DNA from: Thermomicrobiales bacterium | Lineage (GTDB): Bacteria; Chloroflexota; Chloroflexia; Thermomicrobiales; JALYUS01 | Length of the DNA stretch: 35,689 nt | Direction: 5' to 3' | Assembly: GCA_051002645.1 (NCBI GenBank) | Contig: JBPCMC010000395.1 | Coordinates: 1 to 35,689, forward strand | Part shown: positions 1 to 8,368 of the stretch, in pieces | Layout of the letters: each line of letters begins with the position of its first letter | Numbering within the stretch: the first letter of the stretch is position 1 | The notes under the pieces: generated by a model | Database searches by the model: none | What the model was told of the DNA's origin: nothing | What the model saw: the letters and a program-made list of their open reading frames with translations, nothing else | Made by a program: the position numbers and the translations under genes

Positions 1-51
1 CTCGGCGCCGCGCAGTCCTCACTCCTCACTCCTCAGTCCTTCTCATGTCGT

Positions 52-126
52 CGCGGGGTGGAGCAGCGGCAGCTCGTTGGGCTCATAACCCAAAGGTCGT
101 GGGTTCGAATCCCACCCCCGCTACCA
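52..126 (+). tRNA. initiator tRNA-fMet (anticodon CAU)
   Basis: Cloverleaf folded by hand. Acceptor CGCGGGG/CCCCGCT has a C1:U72 mismatch. Three G-C pairs (GGG/CCC) close the anticodon stem around loop CTCATAA. T-loop is GGTTCGAATCC and CCA is encoded. Confidence 0.9.
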
Positions 127-262
127 ATTTCTTCATGAATCATTCCGTGCCCATCCGATTGGATGGGCACGTTTGTGTGCCCAAAGGATGTTGCTCACGC
201 CGATGCACTCCGTTTCAATCTGCCTGCACACGTCAACAGCAAAGACGAACGAGGAGGTAGGA

Positions 263-709
263 ATGGATTCGCGCGGGAACCACGATTCGTTCCGCATCAG
301 CACCGATCCAGCGGATTTTGACCTCGACGCCATTTATGCCTATCTCTCGGCGTCCTACTGGGCGACGGGCATCCCGAAAGAGACGGTATCTCGTTCCATT
401 GCGAACGCCCTCTGCTTCGGTGTGTTCCATGATGACGCGCAGATTGGCTTCGCGCGGGTCATCACTGATCGCGCGACCTTCGCGTATCTCGGTGATGTCT
501 ACATCCTCGATTCCTATCAGGGTCGCGGGCTCGGCACATGGCTGATGCAGACGATCACCGCGCACCCGGACCTCCAGGGGCTGCGCCGATGGAGCCTCGT
601 GACGCGCGATGCACACGGACTCTATGCGCGCTTCGGCTTCCGGGCGCTGCCCGATCCGAGTCGGTACATGGAACGGAGCGATATCATCTCCTATCTCGAT
701 ATGGATTGA
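263..709 (+). CDS. GNAT family N-acetyltransferase
   Basis: Acetyl-CoA binding motif QGRGLGTWLM and overall GNAT-like sequence. ATG at 263 follows a GAGGAGG RBS. The ORF-track start at 173 is an upstream extension. Confidence 0.8.
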   Translation: MDSRGNHDSFRISTDPADFDLDAIYAYLSASYWATGIPKETVSRSIANALCFGVFHDDAQIGFARVITDRATFAYLGDVYILDSYQGRGLGTWLMQTITAHPDLQGLRRWSLVTRDAHGLYARFGFRALPDPSRYMERSDIISYLDMD

Positions 710-861
710 GGCCGCGCAAATCGCTTGACGGGAGGCAAAGCGTATGGCACACTCCCGCGTCGGTACGGCATGGCGCCCTGCCCGAGTAGAAGGGCCTCGC
801 CCGCAAGGCGGGGTAGCAATTGATGGTGCAACTCCATCGGGCGCCTCCACCACACCCTTCT

Positions 862-1863
862 TTATTTCCCCCGTATCAATGCGCGAATCACCTGCCGCTC
901 CCGCAAGGGCGCAGTCAACGGCGGTGCAGGCTGTAACCACTGGCGAATCTCGTCATCGGACGCGGTGACACACGCTTGTATGCGGCTTCGCGCCTTTCGC
1001 AGCACCGCACACTCGGCCAATGCATCATGTCGGCCCATGAGACTGGCCCGATCTCCGGTCGCCATAGCATACGCAAACGCAGCGGCATCGTATCGTGCGA
1101 TCGGCACCGCGCACTCGCGGAGTAACGCTCCCGGCATATTCTTCGCGATGCACCACCATCGATTGCGCGCGAGGTAATACACCTTGCGCGGTGAACCATA
1201 CCCGGCGGTCGCTGAGACCGCGTGCCGGATGATTGCATCCGGCACCGTGACGGTACTCCACCGGCGCAAGCGGAGACGCCAGGCGAGGTCCGCGTCTTCG
1301 AGGTACATGAAGAAGGCCGGATCGAACAGGCCGACATCGTCGAGCGCCGCGCGCCGGTACAACGCGGCCCCGGCGCTTGGCCCGAAAATCGGAAAGGGTG
1401 CCCGGCGCGGATTGATCGCCTCGCCCACCCCCGCATCGCGCACGACCCCGTTCGTGAACGTCTCCAAGCCCGCCGAGGCGATGATGGTTGGGCTCTCCGC
1501 AAAGACCATCGTACTCATCGCGGCCCCGACCGACGCATCGGCCTCGTCGAGCGTAGTTGTCAGGCGAGCGAGCGCATCGGGCGCAACCTGCGTATCATTG
1601 TTGAGAGTCATCACGAACGAACCGGAACTGGCACGGATGCCCGCGTTATTCGCTGCCGCGAAGCCGAGATTCGCGCTGCACCGCAGAACGCAAGATACGG
1701 GATATGTATGATGGAGCCACGGGACGGTATCGTCCGTCGAATCGTTGTCAATGACGATGATCTCGTCCGGGCAGCGCGAGCCGCCGAACAGGGCGAGCAG
1801 ACAGGATTCGAGCAGCGCCCGACCATTGTATGTGACGATGACGACACTGACGGTTCCGCTCAT
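862..1863 (-). CDS. family 2 glycosyltransferase (rhamnosyltransferase-like)
   Basis: N-terminus VSVVIVTYNG...IIVIDNDSTDDT, a later LEDADL motif, and NLGFAAANN, all typical of GT2. Start taken at Met 179 of the 511-aa ORF, because the longer extension overlaps ridA on the other strand. Confidence 0.85.
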   Translation of the reverse strand: MSGTVSVVIVTYNGRALLESCLLALFGGSRCPDEIIVIDNDSTDDTVPWLHHTYPVSCVLRCSANLGFAAANNAGIRASSGSFVMTLNNDTQVAPDALARLTTTLDEADASVGAAMSTMVFAESPTIIASAGLETFTNGVVRDAGVGEAINPRRAPFPIFGPSAGAALYRRAALDDVGLFDPAFFMYLEDADLAWRLRLRRWSTVTVPDAIIRHAVSATAGYGSPRKVYYLARNRWWCIAKNMPGALLRECAVPIARYDAAAFAYAMATGDRASLMGRHDALAECAVLRKARSRIQACVTASDDEIRQWLQPAPPLTAPLRERQVIRALIRGK

Positions 1864-1965
1864 TGGCCCAGTATACCTGAGGTCGCTTTGGCGGTTGACC
1901 GCCGCGCGCCCCGATGCTACCCTCGCCTCACGATTGATTCGTGGCGATACGAAAGGCTGGCGCGC

Positions 1966-2343
1966 ATGGAAATTGTACAGACGGACAACGCACCGAAGGC
2001 GATTGGGCCTTACTCTCAGGCCATCAAAAGCGGCGATTTTGTCTTCACCGCCGGTCAGATCCCGATTGATCCGGCAACCGGCAAAATCGTCGAGGGAGAC
2101 ATCCGCGTGCAGGCCAAGCGCGTCCTCGACAATCTCTCGGCAGTGCTCGCAGCAGCCGGGTCCTCGACGGCGAAAGTGGTCAAGACGACCTCCTTCCGGT
2201 CGGACATGGCGGACTTCCCCGCCTTCAATGAGGTCTACAGCGAGTATTTCAGTGAAAACAAGCCCGCCCGGAGCACCGTCCAGGTCGCGCAGTTGCCCCT
2301 CAATGCGCGTGTGGAAGTGGAGTGCATTGCGCTTCTCTCGTAA
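1966..2343 (+). CDS. ridA: RidA/YjgF/L-PSP family reactive-intermediate deaminase
   Basis: 125 aa. APKAIGPYSQAIKSGDFVFTAGQIPIDPATGKIV and ARSTVQVAQLPLNARVEVECIA are classic RidA signatures. Confidence 0.9.
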   Translation: MEIVQTDNAPKAIGPYSQAIKSGDFVFTAGQIPIDPATGKIVEGDIRVQAKRVLDNLSAVLAAAGSSTAKVVKTTSFRSDMADFPAFNEVYSEYFSENKPARSTVQVAQLPLNARVEVECIALLS

Positions 2344-2397
2344 AATGTCCGGCAGGGATTGTCTCGCACAGGTCATTGTGCTAGACTCCCTGCGCAT

Positions 2398-2474
2398 GGG
2401 TGCGTAGCTCAGCCGGTTAGAGCGTTCGGTTCACATCCGAAAGGTCACAGGTTCGAGTCCTGTCGCGCCCACCA
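2398..2474 (+). tRNA. tRNA-Val (anticodon CAC)
   Basis: Acceptor GGGTGCG/CGCGCCC, anticodon arm TTCGG-TTCACAT-CCGAA, T-arm ACAGG-TTCGAGT-CCTGT, CCA encoded. Confidence 0.9.
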
Positions 2475-2649
2475 CGGCGCTTCTGTTTTACACCCGGCAT
2501 CATTTGCCCCCGCCGCGCCGATAACGTTGAGACGTTCGTAGTAATTGTCTCTCCCACGGTCGTGGCGTCAGAGAGCCTCACGGGGCTCTCTGATGTGTTT
2601 CGTCTCCGGTGCGCACCGAGCCTTGAGGAAGGGATTGGGGAGAACGCAG

Positions 2650-3126
2650 ATGAGTAGCGAGACCGTTTATCTCACCGCAGATGGCAAGCAGGCGCTTGAG
2701 GCCGAACTGCACGAACTCCTCTCGGTACGGCGCGCGGGCGTCATCGACCGCATTCACGACACGCAAGCGGATCACGATGCCGATGACAGCGGCTCGCTCG
2801 AAGAAGCGAAGGACGAGCTCGCGCAGATCGACGCCCGCGTGCGCGAGATCGAGCATATGCTGCGTCACGCGGAGATCATCCCGGAGAACGGCAACGGCGC
2901 GGGCGACGGCACCATCCACCTCGGCTCCCACATCGTCGTCCGGGACAATGCCGGCGACGAGTTGACCTGGGTGATCGTCGGTTCCGCAGAGGCGAACTCG
3001 CGCACCGGGAAGATCAGCAGTGAGTCGCTCGTCGGCGCGGCGCTGCTCGGCCGACGGAGCGGCGACACGGTGGCCGTCCAAGCGCCCGCCGGCGAGATGA
3101 CCTATACGATTGTGCAGGTCTCGTAG
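2650..3126 (+). CDS. greA: transcription elongation factor GreA
   Basis: N-terminal coiled coil (LTADGKQALEAELHELL...R) and C-terminal globular domain (ISSESLVGAALLGRRSGDTV). ATG at 2650 follows GGGGAG. Confidence 0.85.
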   Translation: MSSETVYLTADGKQALEAELHELLSVRRAGVIDRIHDTQADHDADDSGSLEEAKDELAQIDARVREIEHMLRHAEIIPENGNGAGDGTIHLGSHIVVRDNAGDELTWVIVGSAEANSRTGKISSESLVGAALLGRRSGDTVAVQAPAGEMTYTIVQVS

Positions 3127-3128
3127 TC

Positions 3129-4595
3129 GTGGAATTCGACGACCTTCAGCAAACCCGCATCGCGAAGCTCCAAATCTTGCGCGACGCGGGGCTCGATCCG
3201 TATCCGCCGCGCAGCGAACGCACGATTACTAACGCCGAGGCGGTTGCCGAATTCGCGCAACATGAGGGCGAAACGCATACGGTTGTCGGGCGCGTCGTCC
3301 AGAAGCGTGACATTGGCAAGCTCCTCTTCGTACGCATCCGCGACGGCAGCGGGGAACTGCAACTCTTCATTCAGCAGCGGAAGCTCGGCGCGGAGCGATT
3401 CGACTTCGTTACGACCACCGTTGATTTGAGCGACTTCGTGCAGGCATCAGGACCGCTCATGCGTACGAAGACCGGCGAGATTTCCATCGACGTTGACGAC
3501 ATCGCTATTATTGCGAAGGCGCTCTCCCCACCGCCCGGTACGTGGCGCGGGTTGGAAAATATCGAGAAGCGCTATCGTCAGCGCTACATCGATCTAATGG
3601 TCAATGAAGAATCGCGCCGCGTCGCTATCCTCCGGTCGCAGATCGTCGCGGCGACGCGGCATTTTATGGATAGCCGGGGCTTTCTCGAAGTGGAGACACC
3701 GACGCTGCAGCCGCAATATGGCGGGGCGGCGGCGCGCCCATTCGTGACCCACCACAACGCGCTCGATCAGGATTTCTATCTCCGCATCGCGGACGAGTTG
3801 TACCTCAAGCGGCTGATCGTCGGCGGGTTGGAGCGTGTCTACGAGATTTGCAAGGACTTCCGCAACGAGGGGCTGGACCGCCAACACAATCCCGAATTCA
3901 CGATGATGGAGTGCTACCAGGCGTTCGCGGATTACCACGCGATGATGGACATCGTCGAGGGCGTGTTCAACTACATTGCGACGAGCGTGTTCGGATCGAC
4001 GACCGTCACCTATGACGAGCATACGGTCGATTTGCGCCCGCCGTGGCCGCGCGTGCGCATGCGGGACGCGATTCGCGACGCCTGCGGCATTGATTACCCC
4101 GCCATCGCCGATACCGACGAGTTGCGTCGCCGCGCGCGCGACGCAGGCGCCGACGTTCCCGATGACAGGGTGTGCGCACGGATCATCGATGAGTTGCTGA
4201 AGACCTTCGTACGCCCGTCGCTCATCCAGCCGACGTTCTTGATCGACTACCCGGTCGAACTCTCGCCGCTCGCGAAGCGGTCGCCGGACGATCCGAGCGT
4301 GGTTGAACGCTTCCAACCGTTCATCGCCGGCCTGGAACTGGGCAATGCGTATACCGAGTTGAACGACCCGCTCGATCAACTGGCGCGCTTCGAGGAGCAG
4401 GCGGCGCAACGCGCCCAGGGCGACAGTGACGCGATGCCGGTGGACGACGACTTCGTGGCCGCGCTGATGCAGGGGATGCCGCCGACCGGCGGGCTCGGCC
4501 TCGGCATCGACCGGATGGTGATGTTCTTCACCAACCAGCCGTCGATCCGCGATGTCATCCTCTTCCCCGCCTTGCGCGCGACGGAGGGGCGCTGA
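3129..4595 (+). CDS. lysS: lysine--tRNA ligase, class II
   Basis: OB anticodon-binding N-terminus, class II motifs (FLEVETPTLQ, FRNEGLDRQHNPEFTMMECYQA, GGLGLGIDRMVMF). GTG start 3 nt after the greA stop. Confidence 0.93.
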   Translation: MEFDDLQQTRIAKLQILRDAGLDPYPPRSERTITNAEAVAEFAQHEGETHTVVGRVVQKRDIGKLLFVRIRDGSGELQLFIQQRKLGAERFDFVTTTVDLSDFVQASGPLMRTKTGEISIDVDDIAIIAKALSPPPGTWRGLENIEKRYRQRYIDLMVNEESRRVAILRSQIVAATRHFMDSRGFLEVETPTLQPQYGGAAARPFVTHHNALDQDFYLRIADELYLKRLIVGGLERVYEICKDFRNEGLDRQHNPEFTMMECYQAFADYHAMMDIVEGVFNYIATSVFGSTTVTYDEHTVDLRPPWPRVRMRDAIRDACGIDYPAIADTDELRRRARDAGADVPDDRVCARIIDELLKTFVRPSLIQPTFLIDYPVELSPLAKRSPDDPSVVERFQPFIAGLELGNAYTELNDPLDQLARFEEQAAQRAQGDSDAMPVDDDFVAALMQGMPPTGGLGLGIDRMVMFFTNQPSIRDVILFPALRATEGR

Positions 4596-4903
4596 GTACG
4601 GACAGGTCACCGCGCGATACTTGACGCCGTTTGAGGGCAGTGGCAAACTACGCTTACCCCTCCCCGTGGGGCGGACACGATGATGAGATTGTCGCGGTCA
4701 CCGGCCGAAGCGCCACGTCAGGTGGAGGAGGCGAGCAACCGGAAGCGAGGAACTGGAGCACCTCACAGTTTCGTGCCGCCGCAGCCAGTGTCGGCTGCGC
4801 GCACCAGAGAGAAGTCACATCCGGGACGGCGAAGGTTCTTGCCCGACATTGCCATCGATGCAGCTGGTAGATGTGGCGGAGCCTGTTATCTGGAGGAGCA
4901 CAC

Positions 4904-5632
4904 GTGAGACAAGAGCAATCGATCGGCAGTCGCATCACCAACTCGCAGTTGTGGAAGTCCTTCTTCCGCCACGGCTACCCCGACACGGAACGCAACGCCG
5001 CGCTGATCGTGGTCAGCAACGTCTTCCTGCACCTGCACCCGGTCCGGCTGAAGCGGCACGCCCTGCGCGTGACCTACACCTTCTGCCTCGGTGGCCTTTC
5101 ATTCTTCTTTTTCCTCGTCCTCACCGTGACCGGCGCGCTGCTGATGTTCTATTATGTGCCCTCCGTCGATCAGGCGTACCAGAACGTCCGTGATCTTGAT
5201 ACGACGGTCTCGTTCGGTATCCTCCTGAGAAACATGCACCGCTACGCTGCGCACGCGATGGTGATTTCCGTCTTCCTCCATATGATGCGCGTCTTCTATA
5301 CCGGCTCGTATAAGCCGCCACGCGAATTCAACTGGGTGATCGGCGTCGGCCTGCTGACCGTCACCTTCCTCCTCTCGTTCACCGGCTACCTGCTCCCGTG
5401 GGATCAGTTGTCCCTCTGGGCAGTCACCGTCGGCACGAACATCGCCGCCGCGACGCCGCTGCTCGGCCAAAAGGTGCAGTACCTCCTGATTGGCGGGCCG
5501 ACCATTGGTCAGGGCGCGCTGATCCGCTTCTACACGCTCCATGTGGTCGGCTTACCGCTCATCGCCTCCGTCCTGATGGTCGTCCACTTCTGGCGCATCC
5601 GCAAGGATGGCAACATTTCGGCCCCGCTCTAG
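4904..5632 (+). CDS. cytochrome b6-like subunit (N-terminal cytochrome b half) of a bc/b6f-type complex
   Basis: Heme-b ligand pairs H-x13-H (NMHRYAAHAMVISVFLH) and H-x14-H (LHVVGLPLIASVLMVVH, the b6-type spacing). A Cys in TFCLGG sits where b6 has Cys35 (FYCLGG, heme ci). GTG at 4904 follows GGAGGAG; ATG at 4871 is the alternative start. Confidence 0.9.
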   Translation: MRQEQSIGSRITNSQLWKSFFRHGYPDTERNAALIVVSNVFLHLHPVRLKRHALRVTYTFCLGGLSFFFFLVLTVTGALLMFYYVPSVDQAYQNVRDLDTTVSFGILLRNMHRYAAHAMVISVFLHMMRVFYTGSYKPPREFNWVIGVGLLTVTFLLSFTGYLLPWDQLSLWAVTVGTNIAAATPLLGQKVQYLLIGGPTIGQGALIRFYTLHVVGLPLIASVLMVVHFWRIRKDGNISAPL

Positions 5633-5651
5633 GGTGAGAGAGGATCTGGCA

Positions 5652-6470
5652 ATGACGGCAGGAACCCCCTCAACGCGGACCGCTCTCACGCCGGACGCGC
5701 AGAAAACACAGAAACTCCTCGATCTCGTCAAGGGAGACCGCTACGCGCGCTCTGAGGCGCCGGAGCGGGACGAAGTGCTCGTCTGGCCGCACCTCGTGGT
5801 CATCGAAGCGATCGCGGCGGCGGTCTTCCTCCTCGTCCTCACGGTCGTCTCCATTGCGGTGCGCTCGCCGCTGGAGAGCCTCGCGAACCCGGCCCAGACG
5901 CCGAACCCGTCGAAGGCGCCGTGGTACTTCCTGAACCTTCAGGAATTGCTCCTGCACATGAATGTCGCGCTGGCGGGCGTCGTCTTGCCGGGCCTCGCGC
6001 TCACCCTTGTGGCGGCGATCCCCTACTTCGACCGCGACCCGACCGGCGTTGGCCGCTACTTCCCGACCACCAAGGGGAAGCAGATCTGCATCTACTCGGT
6101 CATCTACACGACGATTGTCGAGGTGGGTCTCGTCTTCTGGGACAATACCTACTGGGGGCCGACGCAGACGCTGGCGCGAACGAAGTTCGAGTCACTGCCG
6201 CTCATCGACGACAACAAGGCGACGCTGATCCGCTCGTGGGTCATCCCCGGTATCATCATCCTCTTCTTTGTCGCCATCCTGGTCATCACGACGCTGGCGG
6301 CGTGGAAACCGACGACCCGCGAGTTGATGATCGCGCTCTTCACGGCATTCGCGGTTTCGTATTGGGTGCTCGCAATTATTGGCACGGGGTTCCGCGGCGA
6401 GAGTCAGCATCTCGTCTGGCCGTGGAATCTGCCGGACATCCTGAAGCCCAATCCACCACCGGTCGGCTAG
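5652..6470 (+). CDS. extended subunit IV-like protein (C-terminal cytochrome b half)
   Basis: Qo-site loop NPSKAPWYFLNLQELL aligns with the PEWYF region of subunit IV/cytochrome b. About five predicted TM helices. ATG at 5652 lies 20 nt after the b6 stop. Confidence 0.8.
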   Translation: MTAGTPSTRTALTPDAQKTQKLLDLVKGDRYARSEAPERDEVLVWPHLVVIEAIAAAVFLLVLTVVSIAVRSPLESLANPAQTPNPSKAPWYFLNLQELLLHMNVALAGVVLPGLALTLVAAIPYFDRDPTGVGRYFPTTKGKQICIYSVIYTTIVEVGLVFWDNTYWGPTQTLARTKFESLPLIDDNKATLIRSWVIPGIIILFFVAILVITTLAAWKPTTRELMIALFTAFAVSYWVLAIIGTGFRGESQHLVWPWNLPDILKPNPPPVG

Positions 6471-6512
6471 GGCGAAGCGCAACGGCGCGCTTGAAGGAAG
6501 GACAGCGACGTT

Positions 6513-7058
6513 ATGCAGGCATCGTCACACACGCAGCAAACACGGGACCGACTCCCGATCCTCGAACACCAAACGTCGCGGCGGCGCGTCACGCGGTACG
6601 GTCTCTTCGCGGTGCTCGGCGCGTTTACCGCCGTGAGCGCGGTCGCCACCTACAAGAATCTCTATCCGAACAAGGTCGTCGGGTTCGGCGTGAAAGTGAA
6701 CGCCGGCACGGTGCAGGATATAAAGACTACGCTCGCGAGCCAGAAATATGTGCGCAATTCCGAAGGGCATTTCTATCTGCTTCCAGCCACAGCAGACGCG
6801 GCGATCGCCGTCTACTGGAAGTGCGTCCATCTCGGCTGCACGGTCCCCGCGCCCAGCCCGGCGCTCGAAGGCAACATCCAGTGCCCGTGTCACGGCTCGC
6901 TCTATAACGGCCAAACGGGCGCATTGATCCACGGCCCGGCGACGCACGCGCTCGACTATTTCCCGATCACCATCGAGAATGGCGGGGTGATTGTGGACAC
7001 GAGCAAGGTAACGACCCGGCAGGATTATTCACCGGACCAGACGACGAAACTCGCGTGA
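6513..7058 (+). CDS. Rieske [2Fe-2S] subunit with twin-arginine signal
   Basis: Rieske boxes CVHLGC and CPCHGSLY. N-terminal SRRRVTRYGLFAVLGAF is a Tat-like motif plus TM anchor. RBS GAAGGAAGGA. Confidence 0.92.
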   Translation: MQASSHTQQTRDRLPILEHQTSRRRVTRYGLFAVLGAFTAVSAVATYKNLYPNKVVGFGVKVNAGTVQDIKTTLASQKYVRNSEGHFYLLPATADAAIAVYWKCVHLGCTVPAPSPALEGNIQCPCHGSLYNGQTGALIHGPATHALDYFPITIENGGVIVDTSKVTTRQDYSPDQTTKLA

Positions 7059-7090
7059 TCGTGGTCGACAACGGAGTCGAGGAGTAGCAA

Positions 7091-8080
7091 ATGCTCAGTC
7101 GCGCTGAACGGCAAGCAGCCACGGTTGTTCTCATGTTAATCGTTGGTGTGCTGCTTGTCCTCGTCTATATCTTGACGAACGATACCTCGCGCGCCTCGTC
7201 CGACGCGCGCATCCGCGAAGAGCAGATCGCGCGCGGGCAGCAGTTATTCGCCGCGAACTGCGCCGTCTGCCACGGGAACCACGGACAGGGCGGCGTCGGT
7301 TTGCCGTTGAATGTCCCGGCGAACCGCCCGACCTCCGAGGCGCAGGCGACGCAACGAACCGAGTACCTGACGCGGACGCTCACAAACGGGCGACCCGGCA
7401 CCTTCATGCCGGCCTGGGCGCTATCGAACAACGGCCCGCTGAACGAAGAGCAGATCGGCGCGCTGGTTGACATGATCGAGTACGGCGATTGGGCGCAGAC
7501 CCAGGCGGTCGTCGATGCGTACCAGGCGAAGAATGGCACGCCGCCGCCGCCGACGAACCCCGCCATTAACACCGGCGGTGTCGGGGGCAACCCGGCGCTC
7601 GCCACCGTCGGCCCCATCCCCAGTAATGTGCAGAACCCCGGCGCTGCGGCACCCGCAGTTGGTGGCAGCAGCGCAGGCGGAAGCAGCGCGCCCGCGACGA
7701 TCATTGGTGACGGACTGACGATCAACGCGACGGAGAAGGATTTCGCGATTCAGTTGGATACGTCGCTCGTCAATCCGGGCACTGTAATCTTCCACATCAA
7801 GAACGACGGGCCATCGCCGCACAACATCTCGATCAAAGAGCTGAACATGACGAGCGATACCTTCGATCCGGGCAAGGGCGGCGACTTCAAGGTCGATCTC
7901 AAGGCGGGCACGTACACCGTGATCTGCGCCGTCCCCGGTCACGAGCAACTCGGAATGCATGTGATGTTGAAAGTCGGCAGCGCCGCATCGACAGGCAGCG
8001 TTGCGCAGCAGTCAACGACCACCGTCGCGGCGTCGCAAGGGCCGTCGCTTGTTGCGACGAAGCCCGACACGAGCGCGTAA
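7091..8080 (+). CDS. membrane-anchored monoheme cytochrome c fused to a type-1 copper (cupredoxin) domain
   Basis: N-terminal TM helix, heme motif CAVCHG with distal FMPAW Met. A P/G/A-rich linker follows, then a C-terminal domain with PHNISI and CAVPGHEQLGM (His...Cys-x4-His-x4-Met copper ligand pattern). RBS GAGGAG. Confidence 0.85.
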   Translation: MLSRAERQAATVVLMLIVGVLLVLVYILTNDTSRASSDARIREEQIARGQQLFAANCAVCHGNHGQGGVGLPLNVPANRPTSEAQATQRTEYLTRTLTNGRPGTFMPAWALSNNGPLNEEQIGALVDMIEYGDWAQTQAVVDAYQAKNGTPPPPTNPAINTGGVGGNPALATVGPIPSNVQNPGAAAPAVGGSSAGGSSAPATIIGDGLTINATEKDFAIQLDTSLVNPGTVIFHIKNDGPSPHNISIKELNMTSDTFDPGKGGDFKVDLKAGTYTVICAVPGHEQLGMHVMLKVGSAASTGSVAQQSTTTVAASQGPSLVATKPDTSA

Positions 8081-8101
8081 CCTGAGAGCAAGGAGCGGAC
8101 G

Positions 8102-8248
8102 ATGATCGCAGTATTCACCACACTCGCCGCCTGGGAAGCGAACATCACCGTCGAATTGCCGCTGATGTTCGGCATGGTCGTCGTCGGCATCGCGCTGATC
8201 TGGCTGATCCAGAAGATCACGGGCGGCTTCGACAAGCGCGGCGACTGA
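8102..8248 (+). CDS. 48-aa single-TM peptide, candidate small subunit of the bc complex
   Basis: Not in the ORF track (under 60 aa). ATG at 8102 is 6 nt after AAGGAG and 21 nt after the preceding stop. Translation MIAVFTTLAAWEANITVELPLMFGMVVVGIALIWLIQKITGGFDKRGD has one hydrophobic helix. A terminator follows. Confidence 0.55.
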   Translation: MIAVFTTLAAWEANITVELPLMFGMVVVGIALIWLIQKITGGFDKRGD

Positions 8249-8273
8249 CGGCGCAACGGTAACGGCATACGGG

Positions 8274-8298
8274 GCGGCTCTTATCGGAGCCGCTTTTT
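8274..8298 (+). terminator. rho-independent terminator closing the bc operon
   Basis: Perfect stem GCGGCTC/GAGCCGC, 6-nt loop, then TTTTT. Confidence 0.7.
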
Positions 8299-8368
8299 CG
8301 TTTGCCTTCCCAATCACGATAGAACGTTGTAACCACATCGGAAACGACTGTACGACGAGACCAGAGGA

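Noticed and set aside
233-940. 235-aa minus-strand ORF covering the GNAT gene
   Set aside because: It is antisense to a gene with clear GNAT motifs. Its Arg/Ala/Gly-rich composition is typical of shadow frames in high-GC DNA, and it has no motif or RBS.
1864-2397. N-terminal 178-aa extension of the 511-aa ORF containing the GT2 gene
   Set aside because: The extension is antisense to ridA and has no GT2-like sequence. The canonical GT2 N-terminus (VSVVIVTYNG) starts at the internal Met at 1863.
3594-4646. 350-aa minus-strand ORF inside lysS
   Set aside because: Shadow ORF opposite an unambiguous lysyl-tRNA synthetase, with Arg-rich low-complexity translation.
4596-4903. ~300-nt gap between lysS and the b6 gene examined for an SRP RNA or other ncRNA and for a promoter
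   Set aside because: There is no GGAAGCAGCC-type SRP domain IV motif. Only a weak TTGACG-17-CAAACT promoter-like match at 4621-4649 was found, too weak to list as a feature.
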